Positions 59,590-64,000 of a stretch of DNA of 64,000 nucleotides are shown here, piece by piece. How positions within the stretch are numbered: the stretch's first letter is position 1; each line of letters opens with the position of its first letter. This stretch comes from an uncultured Ruminococcus sp. (GTDB lineage Bacteria; Bacillota; Clostridia; Lachnospirales; Lachnospiraceae), in assembly GCA_900553885.1 (NCBI GenBank), contig USFD01000001.1, forward strand, positions 35,651 through 99,650, in the 5' to 3' direction. The translations under genes and the position numbers were made by a program. A model generated the notes under the pieces. It did not search any database. It was given only the letters and a program-made list of their open reading frames with translations, and had not been told where the DNA came from.

Positions 59590-61564
59590 GGTGGAAATTG
59601 AAGACTCTTTCTGGAGCAGCCGTATCAGACAAATGTGTGACACCATTATTCCGTACCAGTACGCGGTCCTTAACGATCAGATTCCGGGAATACCCAGAAG
59701 TCATGCCATAGAAAATTTCCGGATAGCGGCCGGGCTTTCAGAAGGAATGTACCAGGGGATGCTGTTCCAGGACAGCGATGTGGGGAAATGGATAGAAGCG
59801 GCGGCCTGGTCTCTTGGAATCAGAGAAAATCCGGAGATTGAAGAGAAGATTGATGGCCTGACGGACATTTTAAAAAAGGCTCAGCAGGAGGATGGATATC
59901 TGAATTCCTATTACACATGCGTCCGGCCTGGCGAAAGACTTACTAATATTGCGCACGGGCACGAAATGTACTGCGCAGGCCACTTGGTAGAGGCGGCAGT
60001 GGCATATGCGCAGGTTTCCGGAAAAACAGAATTGCTGGACATTATGGAAGGCTGTATAGAATATTTTATGTCGAAAATCGGACCGGAGAAAGAAAAACTT
60101 CACATATATCCGGGACATCCGGAATTGGAGCTGGCTTTATACAAGTTGTACCGCTATACAGAAAAAAATAAATACCTGGAATTTATGAAATACCTTTTGC
60201 TGGAGAGAGGAAAGCAGCCATCCTTTCTGCTGGAAGACCCGGGGTTTGGAGAACAGTACCACGATAAATGGTTTGGCCTTGAATATCATCAGGCTCATCT
60301 TCCGGTTCTGGAGCAGAGAGAGGCGAAAGGTCATGCGGTAAGAGCGATGTACCTTTATGCGGGACTTGCTAATCTGGCATATGAGATAAAAGATTCGGAG
60401 ATTACAGAGGTACTTGAGATTTTGTGGGAAGATGTGACAGAACGAAAAATGTATGTTACCGGGGCCGTAGGGGCTGAGGAACACGGAGAAGCATTCGGAG
60501 TACCATACGATCTGCCGAATGAAAGAGGATATGGAGAAACATGCGCGTCTATTGGTCTTATATTCTGGGCCAGAAGAATGTTAAAGCTAAAATTGGATTC
60601 CCAATATGCAGATGTAATGGAGCTGGCATTATATAATGGGGCGCTAAGTGGAATGTCTCTTGATGGAATGTCCTACTTCTATGTTAATCCATTGATGATT
60701 ATTCCGGAACAGGCAGAAAGCAGATATGATCTGCGGCATGTCAGAACAGAACGGGTGCCGTGGTTCGGCTGCGCATGCTGCCCGCCGAATGTGGCCAGAT
60801 TACTCATGTCGCTGCCTGACTATATCTGTGATTATGAGGTTTATAAAAAAGAGCTGACAATTCATCTCTATATCTGCGGGAAAATTTCGATAAGTGAAAA
60901 CATATGGTTTGAGGTGTCGGGAAACTATATTGAGAGCGGGAAAATAAAATTCAGATATTGCGGAAATCCGGAAGAGATAACTCTTCGATTGCGTCTTCCC
61001 GGATGGAGCAGGAAGACCGGCATACAGATAAATGGCAGTCCATACCATCCGGAAACAGAGCGCGGATATGCCCGGATTACAAAAAGGTGGATTGCGGGTG
61101 ATGAACTGGAACTGGCATTTGATGTAACACCGTGTTTTATTTATGCAGATCCCAGAGTTGCAGCAGATGCCGGGCGGGCAGCGGTCAGGCAAGGTCCTGT
61201 GATCTACTGTCTGGAGCAGGAAGATAATGGGAAAAACCTGAATTCGGTTGTCGTGAAAGATTTCTGCTCTGCTGAAGATTGGATGGAACACCAGAAAAAC
61301 TCTGCAGAGGGCAATAAACATCACTCATGTAATTCGCCGGACAGTGATGGCTGTAATGATATCTTCTCCGATAATTGCATTGAGATGCCGGTACATGCAG
61401 TGTATCTGCGTGGTTACAGAGAAAAGTCGGAAACTTCGGATGGACGGCTTTATTCGGCCAGGAGGCCGGTGAAAGAAAAAGGTATATTCAGGGCCGTGCC
61501 ATATCATATATGGGGAAATCGGGGAAAAGGAGAAATGCTGGTATGGATACGGAAAGCGGAGTAG
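59576..61564 (+). CDS. Glycoside hydrolase family 127 paralogue
   Basis: It carries WFGCACCPPNVARLL and GETCASIG and shares an overall parallel motif order with the upstream paralogue. Confidence 0.7.
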   Translation: MKKNRVEIEDSFWSSRIRQMCDTIIPYQYAVLNDQIPGIPRSHAIENFRIAAGLSEGMYQGMLFQDSDVGKWIEAAAWSLGIRENPEIEEKIDGLTDILKKAQQEDGYLNSYYTCVRPGERLTNIAHGHEMYCAGHLVEAAVAYAQVSGKTELLDIMEGCIEYFMSKIGPEKEKLHIYPGHPELELALYKLYRYTEKNKYLEFMKYLLLERGKQPSFLLEDPGFGEQYHDKWFGLEYHQAHLPVLEQREAKGHAVRAMYLYAGLANLAYEIKDSEITEVLEILWEDVTERKMYVTGAVGAEEHGEAFGVPYDLPNERGYGETCASIGLIFWARRMLKLKLDSQYADVMELALYNGALSGMSLDGMSYFYVNPLMIIPEQAESRYDLRHVRTERVPWFGCACCPPNVARLLMSLPDYICDYEVYKKELTIHLYICGKISISENIWFEVSGNYIESGKIKFRYCGNPEEITLRLRLPGWSRKTGIQINGSPYHPETERGYARITKRWIAGDELELAFDVTPCFIYADPRVAADAGRAAVRQGPVIYCLEQEDNGKNLNSVVVKDFCSAEDWMEHQKNSAEGNKHHSCNSPDSDGCNDIFSDNCIEMPVHAVYLRGYREKSETSDGRLYSARRPVKEKGIFRAVPYHIWGNRGKGEMLVWIRKAE

Positions 61565-61759
61565 TTTTATGAAAGCTTCTGCCCGGGATTCCCGGCCGGA
61601 AGATTCCTTCACATTACAAATCCGGATTTTTGCTCTGGCAATGCTGACGTGTTGGTGCTATAATGGGGAAAGATAAGCGCCTGTACAAAGGGAACAGCAG
61701 ACGAAAGTTTCTGCCCTGCACGGCGCCTGGAGAATTTAGTCAGGAGGAGCGAGAATAAC

Positions 61760-62845
61760 ATGAGAAAAGTAATGCTTACCGGGGACCGCCCCACGGGAAA
61801 ACTTCATGTAGGCCATTATGTGGGTTCGCTGAGACGGCGGGTAGAGCTTCAGAATACAGGAGACTTTGATGATATATTTATTATGATTGCAGATGCACAG
61901 GCACTGACAGACAATGCGGACAATCCGGAGAAAGTGCGCCAGAATATTATAGAGGTGGCGCTGGATTATCTGGCCTGCGGCCTGGATCCGGCAAAGTCTA
62001 CGCTGTTTATACAGTCCCAGGTTCCTGAGCTGTGTGAACTGTCCTTTTACTATATGAATCTGGTTACCGTATCAAGGCTTCAGAGAAATCCGACGGTAAA
62101 AGCAGAGATTCAGATGAGAAATTTTGAGGCCAGCATTCCGGTCGGATTCTTTACCTATCCGATCAGTCAGGCGGCGGATATTACGGCATTTAAGGCGACG
62201 ACAGTTCCGGTAGGAGAAGATCAGATGCCTATGCTGGAGCAGACCAGAGAGATTGTGCACAAGTTTAATTCTGTTTACGGAGAGACGCTGGTTGATCCGA
62301 AGATTCTGCTTCCGGAAAATGAAGCGTGTCTGCGTCTTCCGGGAATTGATGGAAAGGCAAAGATGAGCAAATCCCTGAACAACTGTATCTACCTGTCGGA
62401 GGAACCGGAGGAGATTCAGAAGAAAGTGTTCAGTATGTTTACAGATCCCACTCATATCCGCATCGAGGATCCGGGAAAACTGGAAGGAAACACAGTGTTC
62501 ACGTATCTGGATGCGTTCTGCAGACCGGAGTATTTTCCGGAGTTCCTGCCGGAGTATAAAGATCTGGATGAGCTGAAGGACCATTATAAGAGAGGCGGTC
62601 TGGGAGACATGAAGGTAAAACGGTTCCTGAATAATGTGCTGCAGGCAGAACTGGAGCCGATCAGAAACCGGAGAAAGGAATTCCAGAAAGATATTCCGGC
62701 CATTTATGAGATCCTGAAAAAAGGCAGTGAGAAGGCTGAGGCTGTAGCAGCCGAGACACTGAAGGATGTAAAGGCAGCTATGAAGATCAATTATTTTGAC
62801 GATATGGATCTGATCAGAGAGCAGAGTGAAAAGTTTTCGGAATAG
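61760..62845 (+). CDS. trpS: Tryptophan--tRNA ligase
   Basis: The HIGH-type motif TGKLHVGHY and the KMSKS motif are present. The protein is about 361 aa with an aggagg RBS. Confidence 0.8.
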   Translation: MRKVMLTGDRPTGKLHVGHYVGSLRRRVELQNTGDFDDIFIMIADAQALTDNADNPEKVRQNIIEVALDYLACGLDPAKSTLFIQSQVPELCELSFYYMNLVTVSRLQRNPTVKAEIQMRNFEASIPVGFFTYPISQAADITAFKATTVPVGEDQMPMLEQTREIVHKFNSVYGETLVDPKILLPENEACLRLPGIDGKAKMSKSLNNCIYLSEEPEEIQKKVFSMFTDPTHIRIEDPGKLEGNTVFTYLDAFCRPEYFPEFLPEYKDLDELKDHYKRGGLGDMKVKRFLNNVLQAELEPIRNRRKEFQKDIPAIYEILKKGSEKAEAVAAETLKDVKAAMKINYFDDMDLIREQSEKFSE

Positions 62846-62887
62846 GATCTGCGGAATAAAAGATTAAAATACAGATTAAAACGGGAG

Positions 62888-62926
62888 GAATGTCGGCAGA
62901 AGGCATTCCTCTTTTTATGCTTTTTT
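62888..62926 (+). terminator. Rho-independent terminator after trpS
   Basis: The stem gaggaatg-tcggcagaagg-cattcctc is followed by tttttatgctttttt. Confidence 0.65.
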
Positions 62927-63050
62927 CTGTAAATGCCTGTAATGAGGAGGATAAGTAAAAAGAGGAGCGGGAAAATGAAGAGGCAATGAAGCGGCAAGAC
63001 AAAAAACAGAGAGTGAAAGATCTGATCTTTCGCTCTCTGTCCCTGTGTAC

Positions 63051-63123
63051 GTGCGATAGAAGATTCGAACTCCCGACCTTCTGGTCCGTAGCCAGACGCT
63101 CTATCCAGCTGAGCTAATCGCAC
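63051..63123 (-). tRNA. tRNA-Arg (anticodon ACG)
   Basis: The reverse complement GTGCGATTAGCTCAGCTGGATAGAGCGTCTGGCTACGGACCAGAAGGTCGGGAGTTCGAATCTTCTATCGCAC folds as a cloverleaf. The anticodon loop is CTACGGA, a TPsiC arm GGTTCGAATCC-like segment is present, and CCA is not encoded. Confidence 0.8.
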
Positions 63124-63285
63124 ATGTAATTGCTGTCTCATTCACAGCAAAAATTATTATAGTGTATTTTTCTGGAACTGTCAAGCATAAAATGAGATTT
63201 TCTTTGAAAATATGGAAAAGAGATGATAATCATGGAATAGCATGATATAATGCACATAACTTTTGAGAAGGGAGATGGATTCACC

Positions 63286-64000
63286 ATGGACGGCAGTGAG
63301 TGCACGGATATTGAAAAAATTTTGGAAAGACAGAAGAAGTTTTTCGGCAAAGGTGTTACAAAAGATATCTCTTTTCGGAAAAAAGCACTGAAGCATCTGA
63401 GGAGGGCGATCCGGTGCTATGAGGAGGAGCTGGAACAGGCGCTGAAACTGGATCTGGGAAAACACAGGTCGGAATCGTATATGACAGAGATCGGATTTGT
63501 CCTTGCAGGTATATCCCAGGCGCTGCGGAATCTGGAGAAATGGGCCGGAGAAGAATATATTCCCACCCCGGTTTATATGCAGCCGGGGAGAAGCAGAATC
63601 CGCAGGGAACCGTACGGAACGGTCCTGATAATCGGCCCATACAATTATCCGTTTCATCTTCTGATGGAGCCGCTTACATCCGCTGTGGCGGCCGGCAACT
63701 GCGCGGTAGTCAGAACGTCGAAGCAGACGCCTCATACATCAGAGGTTATCCGCCGCATGCTGACACATGCCTTTCATCCGGAATATATCTGGTGTGCGCC
63801 GGGAGATCAGGTGGATAATCCGACAATTTTAAAACAGAGGTTTGATTATATTTTCTTTACGGGAAGCCCGCGGACCGGACGCCTTGTCATGAAAGCGGCG
63901 GCCGAGAATCTGGTTCCGGTGACGCTGGAGCTGGGCGGGAAGAGTCCGGTTATCGTAGATAAGACGGCAGATATACCGACGGCGGCCAGACGGATTATGT
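63286..64000 (+). CDS. NAD(P)-dependent aldehyde dehydrogenase (ALDH3-like), 3'-truncated by the window end
   Basis: The N-terminus MDGSECTDIEKILERQKKFFGKGVTKDISFRKKALKHL and the segment ELGGKSP are typical of ALDH class 3. The ORF is open at position 64000. Confidence 0.65.
   Translation, partial: MDGSECTDIEKILERQKKFFGKGVTKDISFRKKALKHLRRAIRCYEEELEQALKLDLGKHRSESYMTEIGFVLAGISQALRNLEKWAGEEYIPTPVYMQPGRSRIRREPYGTVLIIGPYNYPFHLLMEPLTSAVAAGNCAVVRTSKQTPHTSEVIRRMLTHAFHPEYIWCAPGDQVDNPTILKQRFDYIFFTGSPRTGRLVMKAAAENLVPVTLELGGKSPVIVDKTADIPTAARRIM

Noticed and set aside
61565-61759. Possible T-box riboswitch in the trpS leader
   Set aside because: The leader is only about 150-190 nt and I cannot find the conserved T-box sequence (AGGGTGGNACCGCG-like) or a specifier-loop architecture. 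Only an extended -10-like tgctataat is visible.
62791-63141. 116-aa minus-strand ORF
   Set aside because: It overlaps the tRNA-Arg gene and the trpS terminator, so it is spurious.

Overview
This 64 kb window comes from a Firmicutes (Clostridia/Lachnospiraceae-like) chromosome with three compositional blocks. (1) 1-2000 is the right-hand end of an integrated mobile element, seen as its replication module: a DnaD-like initiator, a DnaC/IstB-like ATPase and a Cys-rich KTR-like small protein, followed by paired direct repeats. (2) About 2000-28500 is an AT-richer accessory/defence island. It holds an Abi_2 abortive-infection gene whose last 24 bp are tandemly duplicated, an IS66 transposase remnant, and an 8-gene minus-strand operon (19918->5620). 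That operon matches the type-4 BREX core in order (BrxP PP-loop/PAPS-reductase, BrxC P-loop ATPase, PglZ, BrxL). It also carries an extra 794-aa protein at the head and a Zn-ribbon protein plus a NifS-type cysteine desulfurase at the tail, and has no PglX methyltransferase, so it is a candidate sulfur-based, DndA/DndC-like BREX variant. The island continues with decayed gene debris (an IS481/Mu-like transposase fragment and a RecG-C-terminal-like fragment), a WYL-domain regulator divergent from a 449-aa PolC-core homologue in which all three catalytic aspartates appear lost (a pseudo-polymerase), a RelE/ParE-Phd TA pair plus a toxin remnant, a DUF2971 protein and an Rpn-family nuclease/transposase with a 12-nt tandem coding repeat. 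(3) 28700-64000 is GC-richer core genome. It encodes VanZ, a CbpA-like J-protein, a CDP-alcohol phosphatidyltransferase, L25/Ctc, a YfcC transporter with an M20 amidohydrolase, two amidohydrolase-type enzymes, an aldose epimerase, a trigger-factor-like lipoprotein and cardiolipin synthase. It also carries murI, pfkA, dnaE, a YesM/YesN-type two-component system with a sugar ABC transporter and two GH127 beta-L-arabinofuranosidases, trpS, tRNA-Arg(ACG) and a truncated ALDH. Three large intergenic palindromes lie in this block: about 193 bp at 38971-39163, 81 bp at 39454-39534 and 208 bp at 54018-54225. Several strong Rho-independent terminators are also noted.
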